Made by a program: the position numbers and the translations under genes. The notes beneath the pieces were generated by a model. It was not told where the DNA came from. It did no database searches and worked only from the letters and a program-made list of their open reading frames with translations. This document shows, piece by piece, positions 38,401 through 47,622 of a stretch of DNA of 64,000 nucleotides (positions are counted from its first letter, which is position 1; the number at the start of each line of letters is the position of its first letter). The stretch covers positions 19,718 through 83,717 of the forward strand of contig CAYFKW010000016.1 of assembly GCA_964343845.1 (NCBI GenBank), written 5' to 3'. The stretch is from an uncultured Desulfobacula sp. (GTDB lineage Bacteria > Desulfobacterota > Desulfobacteria > Desulfobacterales > Desulfobacteraceae).

Positions 38401-39126
38401 TTAAGGAGAATTTTTGGTAAAAATTTCATCAGACAGAATGACAGCCTCTGCAACTTCACGAATTGATTTTCTCGAATCCATGCTTTTTTTACGAATCCAG
38501 CCATAGGCATCATCACCTGTCATTTTATGCTGGTCCATTAAAATTTCTTTTGCCTGTTCTATCTTTTTCCGCGCCTCTAATTCTTCCTGGATCACCCTTG
38601 TTTTCACCATGAGCTCTGTGTTTACAATCGCCACAGCGCTTTGATTGGCAACCGCTCTGAGAAGATTGACTTCAGTTGGAGAAAAATCATGAGGGGAAGC
38701 TGTAAAACAGTTTAAGACACCAATGACTTTCTCTTCTTTGGTGATCAAAGGAATGCCCACCATGGAGACAAGTCCCAGCTTTTTTGCCATTTCTTTTTCT
38801 TTAAATCGATCTGATTCCAGGACATCGTCTAATATCAGGGGCTTTTTGTGGGTTACAACATAACCGACAACCCCTTCATCCAGATTAAGTGCCCGGTCTT
38901 TTATATAGTCCGGAGAAATGGACTGGGTCGCTTTAAGCCGGATCTTTGGTGGTTTCTCATCTTCATTAACAATCCATAAAGAGCAGATCTCCACCCCTGT
39001 AACCTTAGCGGTTACCATGACAATCAGTTTCAACAGGTCTTCAATAAACAGATCTGATGTGATTGCCTGGCTGATATCAGTTAATGCTTTAATATACCCG
39101 TCATATGTCTGTTCTGATTTTTTCAT
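38401..39126 (-). CDS. GAF-ANTAR one-component RNA antiterminator
   Basis: GAF domain (EGVVGYV, SMVGIPL, IGVLNCFT, QSAVAI) followed by ANTAR (LEARKKIEQAKEILM...DAYGWIRKKSMDSRKSIREVAEAV). Confidence 0.92.
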   Translation of the reverse strand: MKKSEQTYDGYIKALTDISQAITSDLFIEDLLKLIVMVTAKVTGVEICSLWIVNEDEKPPKIRLKATQSISPDYIKDRALNLDEGVVGYVVTHKKPLILDDVLESDRFKEKEMAKKLGLVSMVGIPLITKEEKVIGVLNCFTASPHDFSPTEVNLLRAVANQSAVAIVNTELMVKTRVIQEELEARKKIEQAKEILMDQHKMTGDDAYGWIRKKSMDSRKSIREVAEAVILSDEIFTKNSP

Positions 39127-39200
39127 AGTACTTATATACTAATCAGAAATGATAATTCATCGTCAATAGGAAAAGTTATTTCACTTAAAATTTTTAAACG

Positions 39201-41531
39201 CTAAAATGCGTTGTTTGGTATTAAATCCCAGATTCCACAAGGGCAGGCACCTTTGCAGAAACCACACCCAATGCACAGGTCCGCGTCTACTTTATATTCA
39301 AAAGCATTTTTTTTGATACTGATTCTTTCAATGGCACCTTCCGGGCAGATGGCAACACAGATGCCACAATCCCTGCATTTCCCACAGGAAGCACAGTTCG
39401 CACCACAGTCAGCCAGGTTGTCTGCCGTCATTTTAGGATCATAATACTCAAGACTGATCCGTTGTTTATCCACCTGAACCGGATGGTCAATTTTGTCCAG
39501 ATTTTTGCCTTCAATGATTTTATCAATACTTTGTGCGGCTCTTCTACCCGCACCAATGGCATCTGTAATCAAACCCGGGCCCACAACATCCCCGATTGCA
39601 AAAATATTTCGATCTGAGGTCCGGTTGAACTCATCTACTTTGACAAACCCATTTTCAATTTGAATCGTGTCGTCCAGAAAATCAAGATCAGGAACATCGC
39701 CAATCGAGAGCACGATGGTGTCTGCCTTTAACAATTGACCATCCTGGAGTAAAACGCCTTTTTTAGTGATTTCTTTTGTGAAACAGGGCCATTTGAATTT
39801 TGCACCAACTGCTTCGGCGTCTTCTTTTTCTTTTCCAAAAGCCAGCGGTTTTTGAATATCAATCATGGTGATATCCCTGGCGCCCAGACGGTGCGCTTCG
39901 GTTGCCACATCACAACCGACATTGCCCGCGCCGATGATTACCATTGCCTTGCCTGGTTTTACTTTTCCCTTTTTTGATTTTTCCAGAAAATCATTTGCAA
40001 AAGTTGCCTGTTCAATGCCTGGAATCGGCAGGGATCTTGGTTTTTTTGCGCCAGCGGCAATGATGGTAAAATCGTAATCAAGTATGATTTTTGAGAATTT
40101 TTTTTGAGTGATTTTCTGTTTTACTTTGATGTTCGGAATGAACGCCTTAACACGATTGAGTTCAGTTTCAAGTGTCTCTTTTGGTATCCGTGAACCCGGT
40201 ATGACAGACGCAATTTTCCCGCCAATCTGCGAGCCTGTTTCAAATAAAGTAGCATCATGCCCCATAAGAGTTAAATGCCAGGCAGAAGAGATACCACCAG
40301 GCCCTGAACCGATAACTGCAATTTTCTTTTTACTTTTTTTACCAGGTTTTGGCAGTTTTACTTTTTCACCTGCTTTGCCTAAAAGCCTGACATCAATGGG
40401 CGACATATAATTTAAATTCCGGGTACAGGATGCCATACATGGACTTGGGCAGAGATATCCACAAACAGTTGCAGGAAACGGTGAATATTCAAGCCCCATA
40501 GAAATGGCTTCATCAATATTGTCCAGGCGGACCATATTCCATCTTTCCTGAACAGGAATGCCTGTGGGACAAGCCGCCTGGCAGGGCGCAATATATCTTC
40601 CCTGTTCCCAAACAGGGATGTATCGTCTCAGGTCTCCTCTGGTGATCACTGGAATGGTGCCCCTCTGTGTTTCCTGAAGGTCACCTATCAGACCGCCTGG
40701 CCCAAGCTCCCTGTCCCACACATCCGCTCTGAATTTTGCCATACTCATTCTTTCGGGCGCTTCTGTTTTCTCCTGGGGAGATTTTGCTTCAAGCAGCTGC
40801 CATTGAGTACGGTTTGAAAATGATGTCAGCAACTTGTCTTTTTTAATTTTGGCCAGAAAAATTTTAAGGCCTTTTTGAAGCCAGTTCCATTCCTCGTCTG
40901 TGAGTAAACTGAGTTTGGCATCCTTTTGGGAGAATTCATCAACACTGCCGTGAACAAAAATTTTACCACCCACCATCCCAATAAGGGGCCGATACCCGAG
41001 GATTTCGTCCCTGGGATCAATATTGTGACCGCAGATAACAGCGATGCCGCCCGCCATAAACTCACCAAAGTAATCTCCAGCAGATCCCAGCACCCAGAGT
41101 TCCGGCGGATCAAATCTTGGGTTCCTTTTTGTCATGGTCATGCCCCTGGCACCGATGGAACCTGCAATATACACTTTGCCCTGGGCCGCGCCATTCATTA
41201 CACCGTTGGAGGCGTTGCCATGAACGATAATCTCAGCACCTGCATTCAGCCATCCAACGTCATCTGATGCTGGTCCCATGATTTCGATCAAGGTATTTGC
41301 ACTCCCGAGAGATCCTGTTCTCTGCCCGGACTGGCCCGTGATTCTTATATGGGTGTTTTCTGAACCAGCATCCCAAAGACGTCCCCCGATACCGTGTTGG
41401 CCAAAGCCTTGTATTTCAATGTTTCTACGACCGTTTTTAATATGATGATGAATCATTTCTTCCAGGACGCGGGAAGGTATTCTTTTCCCATCCTTTTTTC
41501 CGGGCAGTTTTATAAATGCATCTTTTTTCAT
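39201..41531 (-). CDS. Glutamate synthase GXGXG domain fused to GltD-like NAD(P)H/FAD oxidoreductase and ferredoxin
   Basis: GQHGIGGR, GSAGDYFGEFMAGG; CQAACP, CGYLCPSPC; GSGPGG, GAGNVGCD, AIGDV; CASCGKCRDCGIC and CIGCGFCKGACP. Confidence 0.9.
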   Translation of the reverse strand: MKKDAFIKLPGKKDGKRIPSRVLEEMIHHHIKNGRRNIEIQGFGQHGIGGRLWDAGSENTHIRITGQSGQRTGSLGSANTLIEIMGPASDDVGWLNAGAEIIVHGNASNGVMNGAAQGKVYIAGSIGARGMTMTKRNPRFDPPELWVLGSAGDYFGEFMAGGIAVICGHNIDPRDEILGYRPLIGMVGGKIFVHGSVDEFSQKDAKLSLLTDEEWNWLQKGLKIFLAKIKKDKLLTSFSNRTQWQLLEAKSPQEKTEAPERMSMAKFRADVWDRELGPGGLIGDLQETQRGTIPVITRGDLRRYIPVWEQGRYIAPCQAACPTGIPVQERWNMVRLDNIDEAISMGLEYSPFPATVCGYLCPSPCMASCTRNLNYMSPIDVRLLGKAGEKVKLPKPGKKSKKKIAVIGSGPGGISSAWHLTLMGHDATLFETGSQIGGKIASVIPGSRIPKETLETELNRVKAFIPNIKVKQKITQKKFSKIILDYDFTIIAAGAKKPRSLPIPGIEQATFANDFLEKSKKGKVKPGKAMVIIGAGNVGCDVATEAHRLGARDITMIDIQKPLAFGKEKEDAEAVGAKFKWPCFTKEITKKGVLLQDGQLLKADTIVLSIGDVPDLDFLDDTIQIENGFVKVDEFNRTSDRNIFAIGDVVGPGLITDAIGAGRRAAQSIDKIIEGKNLDKIDHPVQVDKQRISLEYYDPKMTADNLADCGANCASCGKCRDCGICVAICPEGAIERISIKKNAFEYKVDADLCIGCGFCKGACPCGIWDLIPNNAF

Positions 41532-41544
41532 TCTTATACCTCAT

Positions 41545-43179
41545 TTAAACCACATATTTTATGCTGAGTCGTTCAGCGGCAGCAGGATCATCGATTCCAA
41601 GCGCGTCAGACATCCCAATTGGAAGGGATGTTGAACGGCCGAGCGGGGCGACTATTTTTTTAAGTTCAGTATCAAAGGAAAGATAAAGATCAACAATTCT
41701 CTGGGCAACATCTTCAGGGTCCAGTCGCCTGTACAGTCTTGGGTCCTGAGAGGTAATCCCTTTTGGACAGATGCCGACATTGCAGACATTGCAGCGGTCT
41801 TCTTCTGTTCCAACACAACCTGCAGCAGCCTGCATTGCATATTTTCCAATCTGGATCCCACTTGCACCCAGCATGATCAAAGCGGCTGCATTGGCAGCAA
41901 GATTGCCATTTTTACCAATACCCCCGCCGGCAAAAATCGGAATTTCATTTTGTTTGCCTATTTTTATCAGGTTTAAATAATTATCCCTGATGCAGGAGGC
42001 AATCGGGTGACCCATGTGGTCCATGGAAACAGTATAGGCAGCGCCCGTTCCGCCATCTTCCCCGTCAATGGCAAGGGCAGATGCGTAATCATTCCGGGTT
42101 AAATTATTCAACACAGCCAGTGAAGTAGAAGATGCGGATATTTTTGGATACACCGGTACCCTGAACCCCCATGCCATGGACATGGACAAAATCATTTTTG
42201 CCACTGACTCTTCGATTGAGTATTGGGTCTGGTGCGTTGGGGGACTGGGCAGACTGATGCCTTGAGGAACCCCACGGATGGCAGCGATAAGTTTATTGAC
42301 TTTGTGCCACATCAAAAGGCCGCCGTCTCCTGGTTTCGCCCCCTGACCATATTTGATTTCAATGGCGCAGGGATCTTCTTTCATGTGTGGAATCGCATGA
42401 ATAATCTCATCCCAGCCAAAATATCCGGATGCGATTTGCAGGATAACATATTTTAAAAACCTGGATTTCAGCAGCCGGGGCGGGCAGCCGCCTTCTCCTG
42501 TTGACATCCTGACCGGCATTCCCAACGTTTCATTTAAATAGGCAACCCCCATTTGAAGCCCTTCCCACATACTGGGAGACAAAGCACCAAAGGACATACC
42601 CCCTATGATTAAAGGATAGATTTCTCTAACAGGCGGAATCCACCCTTTTTCTTTCAATTGCTTCATGTTTTCTTTTGGAGAAAGAACTCTGCCCAGTAAT
42701 GTTCTCATTTCAAACTCATGGCGGCCGGCATCAAGTGCTGGATCTGTCAGCATGGAAATCCGGGTAAACTTGATTCTATCTAAAATTGAGCCGGAGACAT
42801 TTCTTCTGCCGCCGCGCCGCCTTGGGATACCCTGTTGATTGATATGAAATTTGAGACGATCCAAACCTGGATTTTTCACCGGTGTTATGGCATCATTGGG
42901 GCACACCATAGTGCACATGGCACAGCCGATACAGGCGTTTTCAACTTGCGTTTTCTGTTGTATCCCATAAAAAGTTCCATATTGGTTGGAATGGTCTGTC
43001 TCTTTATTTACAGAGGTTTTAATCTTCCTCTTTTGAAAAACAGACAGATCAATGGCCTTAACCGGGCACACAGCAGTGCACTGGCCGCACAATGTGCACC
43101 GGTCATTGCTGTAACGAATCTGCCAGGGCAGATCATTTAAGCTTAAAGCGGAAGGTTCAAGGCTTCTGTTTGACGACAT
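41545..43179 (-). CDS. Glutamate synthase FMN-binding subunit with N-terminal 2x[4Fe-4S]
   Basis: CTLCGQCTAVCP, CIGCAMCTMVCP, GGMSFGALS, STGEGG, QIASG, EIKYGQGAKPGDGG, C...CNVCNVGICP. Confidence 0.92.
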   Translation of the reverse strand: MSSNRSLEPSALSLNDLPWQIRYSNDRCTLCGQCTAVCPVKAIDLSVFQKRKIKTSVNKETDHSNQYGTFYGIQQKTQVENACIGCAMCTMVCPNDAITPVKNPGLDRLKFHINQQGIPRRRGGRRNVSGSILDRIKFTRISMLTDPALDAGRHEFEMRTLLGRVLSPKENMKQLKEKGWIPPVREIYPLIIGGMSFGALSPSMWEGLQMGVAYLNETLGMPVRMSTGEGGCPPRLLKSRFLKYVILQIASGYFGWDEIIHAIPHMKEDPCAIEIKYGQGAKPGDGGLLMWHKVNKLIAAIRGVPQGISLPSPPTHQTQYSIEESVAKMILSMSMAWGFRVPVYPKISASSTSLAVLNNLTRNDYASALAIDGEDGGTGAAYTVSMDHMGHPIASCIRDNYLNLIKIGKQNEIPIFAGGGIGKNGNLAANAAALIMLGASGIQIGKYAMQAAAGCVGTEEDRCNVCNVGICPKGITSQDPRLYRRLDPEDVAQRIVDLYLSFDTELKKIVAPLGRSTSLPIGMSDALGIDDPAAAERLSIKYVV

Positions 43180-44273
43180 ATTTTTACCTCCTGGCGGTCA
43201 GAGCCGACGATTGCTGTATCAATGTGCATGGGTTGAATATCTTTTGTCTTATCTCGATCCGGAATAATCGCATCAAGACCACACACTTCAGATGAAAATC
43301 CAAAAAATCCCGGTTTCCCGCCCACAATCCCCGGCCGAAGTTTTTTTCTATCCTGTACCATGAATAGAGAACGATCCGGCAGCGTACCGATAATACAATT
43401 GGGGCCATCAATAATCAGGGGCCTGCAGGTCTGCTTGAGATGTGATAAAAATTCTGCATTCGGGTGTTTTTGGAGATCGTCTTTCTGCAATGGTGTGATG
43501 ACATGTTTATAGGCATCGATTCCCAATTCAAGGCCCACCATTGAATAATGGAGAATATGTGCAAAGACTTCAGAGTCAGATTGATATCCCATATACCCGG
43601 GAAAATCTCTTGATAATAAAAAGTCTTTGATAGGGGTGAAGGCTGTATTTTCCCCATTGGTCATGGTGCAGTATCCCCTGATAAAGAATGGGTGGCAGGC
43701 ATACAGGTTAATAGCGTAATTTGTATTTTGGCGGCCTTGGGCCATAATAATTCTGGCATTCAGTTCTTTTCGGTCCAGTCCAAGGTATTCAGCCAGCTGC
43801 ATCGGATCGCCAATCTCTTTGATCATAATGGTATCCGGCCAGAAAGAGAACACGATCATATCATTTTTTTCTTCACCCATTTCTCTTATCTTTAATCGAA
43901 TATGCATCAGCCGTTTAGAAATTTCGTCCTGCGCCAGCGTATCCCAATCCTCTGGCAGCTCGTAGGCTCTTATCAAGTAAAGATCACGTTTTGGAATACC
44001 CTCAACAGGTTTTTTGGGTATTTTTAATGAAATTTTATACTTGGTGAGAAATCCCTGATCCATCATAAAAAGATCGAGGCGTCGTATCCCTTCCTCACTG
44101 AAGATTCCTGAAAGAATCGGTGCATCTTTCATCTCTTCAAACGGGCCGCCCAGGTCCTGGAGCAGAAGCCCCACGCCTGAACCGTCATGCCCTTCTTTCA
44201 TGACGTCAAGGGCTTTTATGGCCAGCATTGGAGATACAGGATCTTCACTGGTAAGCGCAAACAGACGACACAT
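43143..44273 (-). CDS. Glutamate synthase amidotransferase subunit (class II GATase)
   Basis: N-terminal MCRLF (catalytic Cys2), GHDGSG, GRQNT, CHPF, NGEN, SDSE, DGP, LRPG; AAGGAG RBS. Confidence 0.92.
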   Translation of the reverse strand: MCRLFALTSEDPVSPMLAIKALDVMKEGHDGSGVGLLLQDLGGPFEEMKDAPILSGIFSEEGIRRLDLFMMDQGFLTKYKISLKIPKKPVEGIPKRDLYLIRAYELPEDWDTLAQDEISKRLMHIRLKIREMGEEKNDMIVFSFWPDTIMIKEIGDPMQLAEYLGLDRKELNARIIMAQGRQNTNYAINLYACHPFFIRGYCTMTNGENTAFTPIKDFLLSRDFPGYMGYQSDSEVFAHILHYSMVGLELGIDAYKHVITPLQKDDLQKHPNAEFLSHLKQTCRPLIIDGPNCIIGTLPDRSLFMVQDRKKLRPGIVGGKPGFFGFSSEVCGLDAIIPDRDKTKDIQPMHIDTAIVGSDRQEVKICRQTEALNLPL

Positions 44274-44399
44274 TATAAGTTCTCCTTGTTTTAAAAATAT
44301 TACAGCATTCTGCTTGATTGTTTTTTTAGGAAAAGCGTTTCAAAGATAAACTTTCCAAATTTTAGCCTAAGTAAGATAATGATGGTTGTCAATCATTTT

Positions 44400-44957
44400 T
44401 TATTGCACAAGGTTTCCCAAAGGTATTGAAAATCCAGCGCTTTTATATAATTCTTTAATTTTTACCAAATCCTTTTCAAGTGTTTCACCAGGATGAATTT
44501 TTCCGATCCAGCGGGTTCTTTTCTGCTGATTATCAAGATACCAGCAGATAATCGGTACATTGGCACCCTTGGCGATATACCAGAATCCTGTTTTAACTGC
44601 TGGTACATTTTTTCTCGTTCCCTCAGGAACAAGGGCGATGACAAGATCTTGTCTTTTATCAAACTCTGCAACAGCGTTTCTCACAAATCCATGGGTTTTA
44701 TCTCTTTTAACAGGCAGCCCGCCAAGACGTTTCAGCAGTATTGACATGGGGAAAAAAAACCAATCAGATTTGATCAGCAACCGGGCATTCACGTTCGCAA
44801 TTTTAATGTAAGTAAGGGCCCTGACCGTATCCATGTTACCTGTGTGAGGGAAACCAATAACCACGCACCTGCTGGTCCAATAATCAGGTAATGTGTCATA
44901 CGTCCATCCCATGAGCAGATAGATCAGACGGCCAATAAAGCTGAAAATGAATCCCAT
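44400..44957 (-). CDS. 1-acyl-sn-glycerol-3-phosphate acyltransferase family protein
   Basis: PHTGNMD (HxxxxD), GGLPVKR, PEGTR, GFWYIA. Confidence 0.88.
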   Translation of the reverse strand: MGFIFSFIGRLIYLLMGWTYDTLPDYWTSRCVVIGFPHTGNMDTVRALTYIKIANVNARLLIKSDWFFFPMSILLKRLGGLPVKRDKTHGFVRNAVAEFDKRQDLVIALVPEGTRKNVPAVKTGFWYIAKGANVPIICWYLDNQQKRTRWIGKIHPGETLEKDLVKIKELYKSAGFSIPLGNLVQ

Positions 44958-44960
44958 TTG

Positions 44961-45350
44961 TTAGTGATGCCCGCAACCACCTTCTTTTTTGTTCTTTTTG
45001 GCCTGGCAGTAATCAAAAATGTGGAAGAGTTTAAGCTTATCTTTTTCGAATAGATCTAAATTTTCTAAAATAGTATCCTTCTGTGCTTGAAATACTTTGA
45101 TATTGGCGGATGAAAGGGTTTTGTTGGCACCGTCTCCCATACACTTCGTGACCACAGCATCAACCTGGTCTTTTGTTTTAAAAATTCCGGTTTTACATGT
45201 AGAGCTTTCTGCTGCCAGTTTCTGGTTTTCTTTTATTTCAACATCCCGGGTTTCCATGTCGACAACTAAAAAGGTTTTTGCAACACCAAAATGATCATCA
45301 ATAACACTCTCCAATCCTTTATTTTCTTTAACAGGAAAGGCTATTTTCAT
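44961..45350 (-). CDS. NifB/NifX-family (FeMo-cofactor-domain-like) small protein
   Basis: MKIAFP, HFGVAKTFLVVD, VTKCMGDGA, C-terminal GGCGHH; ATG 45350 after GGAG. Confidence 0.82.
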   Translation of the reverse strand: MKIAFPVKENKGLESVIDDHFGVAKTFLVVDMETRDVEIKENQKLAAESSTCKTGIFKTKDQVDAVVTKCMGDGANKTLSSANIKVFQAQKDTILENLDLFEKDKLKLFHIFDYCQAKKNKKEGGCGHH

Positions 45351-45661
45351 AATTACACTCCAAAATATATAAAAGTTTGTATCATCATACATAAAATTGA
45401 CAGAAAAGATAAGGGATTATTTCCTATTGGCAAGCCCTGCACAAAAAAAATGAAATAAAAAAAGATATACAATATCTCTAGTCATAGGAACCTGTAGTGG
45501 ATCCTCTTCAGAGGGCTCTCGGGTAGCAAGAAGGATCTAAATAAAACTTGAAAAGTCAATAAACTAAGGTAAAGATTTTTAAGAGTTTGATGAGTTGGGG
45601 GACGAATCAGCTTAAAAAGAGTTTGATTTAGATGCCAGTTCGATGGTCCTTTGTTGAACTG

Positions 45662-45701
45662 AAATGGCAGGATTGGAGATAAATCCTGCCATTTTTGTTT
45701 T
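45662..45701 (+). terminator. Strong intrinsic terminator in the long intergenic region upstream of trkH
   Basis: AAATGGCAGGATT-GGAGATA-AATCCTGCCATTT (13-bp perfect stem) followed by TTGTTTT. Confidence 0.75.
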
Positions 45702-45997
45702 CAATTTGATCCTGAATTGAAAAGGGACGTATTCCTGAGGTGTTTAACCGTCATTCTGGAAACAGAAATTCTCCATGTTGACACATCCGTCCTGATAAAT
45801 GATACAGGCAATACTCAAAATACTGTATTTGCATATCAAGGGAATCCCTTTTTTTAATTCAATAGTTGATCCTGCAGAAATTGTGTTGATCTACCGCCTT
45901 GTTTTAAGGTAAAGAATATGAACGATGCAATACCATGATTTAAATAAAAACAAAGCTTAATTTACAAGGACTGTCACTGGCTTGGATTTGGACGCTT

Positions 45998-47452
45998 ATG
46001 AATTATAAAACCATAGCAAATGTTCTTGGTAAATTACTGATTGTTACAGGAACTTCCATACTTTTTCCTATTATCTGTTCTTTGTATTATAAAGAAGATG
46101 ATTTATACGCACTTGCAGTTACGGCTTTAATTTCAATTGCAATGGGTATCCCACTATGGAGAGCGTTTCGCAGATCAGAAGACCTGAATTTAAAAGATGG
46201 TTTTTTTATCGCCGTATTCGGCTGGATATTAATCTCAGGGGTTTCTGCACTCCCCTTTATGATCCATGGCGCCATTCCATCGTTCACAGATGCTTTTTTT
46301 GAAATGATGTCAGGCTACACCACAAGCGGCGCAACAATTTTAACTGATATTGAAGTTGTCCCCAGGGGATTGTTGTTCTGGCGGAGCCAAACCCATTTAC
46401 TGGGGGGAATGGGCTTTTTAACATTAACCATTATCTTTCTGCCGCATGGCATGGGTGGTGTGAGAATTTTCAGGGCAGAATCCAGCCCGGGCCAGGTCAT
46501 TACCAAAGAAAAATTTATCCCTCGCAATCGAGACACAATGGTATGGTTGTGGGGTATTTATCTTACCCTGAATCTGCTGGAAACGATTTTATTATGTTTG
46601 GGGGATATGTCTGTGTTTGATGCATTGTGCCACTCTTTTGGAACTGTTTCAACATCAGGTTATTCACCGTACAATGCAAGTATCGGGCATTATAACAGTG
46701 CGTATTTCGACTGGATTGTCATCTTGTTTATGTTTCTGGGCGGCATGACGTTTATGCTGTTTTACCACATGGCAATGGGAAATTGGCATATCGTAAAAAT
46801 AAATACAGAGTTCAGATGGTACTTAGGCTTTATGTTTTTTTTCTGCGGCATCGTATCCTGGATCTTATGGAAGGAAAACACATATGGCCTGATGGACTCC
46901 ATTCGATATGCAACCTTTCAGGTGACCTCTATCCTGACAACCACAGGATTTACCACAGCAGACTATGAGCTCTGGCCTCAATCCAGCCAGATGTTTCTGT
47001 ATGCCGTCTGTTTTATCGGTGCCTGTGCCGGCTCAACAACCAGCGGCATCAAAGTCGTCCATTATGTGCTGATATGTAAATTTGGGGTTGCAGCGATTAA
47101 AAAAATTTTTTTCAGCCCCATGTCAGTGATGTCTGTCCGGTTGAATCAGCGGCCGGTTGACCGCCAGATCATTGATCTTGCCATCTGCTATTTTATTGTA
47201 AATATTTTTCTTATACTTTCAGGCGGATGTTTTATGACGCTCATTGACGATATGGATTTTACCACTGCCATGAGTTCAGTTATTGCGACTTTGATGAATA
47301 TTGGCCCTGGATTTGGAGATGTCGGTCCAACAGAAAATTATGCCTTTATTTCAGATACAGGTAAGTGGTTTTTGTCGTGGAATATGCTGGTCGGCAGGCT
47401 GGAAATGTTTTCTGCACTGGTGATATTTTACCCCTCTTTCTGGAAAAAATAA
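45998..47452 (+). CDS. trkH: Trk potassium uptake membrane protein
   Basis: Four pore-loop motifs (SGYTTSG, VSTSG, LTTTG, MNIGPG), GGMG, GSTTSGIK, GRLE. Confidence 0.95.
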   Translation: MNYKTIANVLGKLLIVTGTSILFPIICSLYYKEDDLYALAVTALISIAMGIPLWRAFRRSEDLNLKDGFFIAVFGWILISGVSALPFMIHGAIPSFTDAFFEMMSGYTTSGATILTDIEVVPRGLLFWRSQTHLLGGMGFLTLTIIFLPHGMGGVRIFRAESSPGQVITKEKFIPRNRDTMVWLWGIYLTLNLLETILLCLGDMSVFDALCHSFGTVSTSGYSPYNASIGHYNSAYFDWIVILFMFLGGMTFMLFYHMAMGNWHIVKINTEFRWYLGFMFFFCGIVSWILWKENTYGLMDSIRYATFQVTSILTTTGFTTADYELWPQSSQMFLYAVCFIGACAGSTTSGIKVVHYVLICKFGVAAIKKIFFSPMSVMSVRLNQRPVDRQIIDLAICYFIVNIFLILSGGCFMTLIDDMDFTTAMSSVIATLMNIGPGFGDVGPTENYAFISDTGKWFLSWNMLVGRLEMFSALVIFYPSFWKK

Positions 47453-47622
47453 TAAAACGTTTTCATATTTAAGAACCATAGAAAAGTGGAACAATAAAGA
47501 CAGCTTATTCTACCATGCTGGCAGTTTCGGTGACGATATTTCTTACTTCAGCGTCATTTTCAAGGGAAAGCCGGGAGCCTCATTTGTCAACAAAGCCGCT
47601 GATTTTTATTGTGTAATCGAGG

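Noticed and set aside
44961-45350. NifB/NifX-like gene as a sign of nitrogen fixation
   Set aside because: This family is common outside nif clusters, and no nifHDK genes are in the window.
45730-45846. ATTCCTGAGGTGTTT start and partly complementary 3' end, reminiscent of 6S RNA
   Set aside because: About 115 nt is too short, pairing is poor, and no central bubble or conserved 3' motif was recognised.
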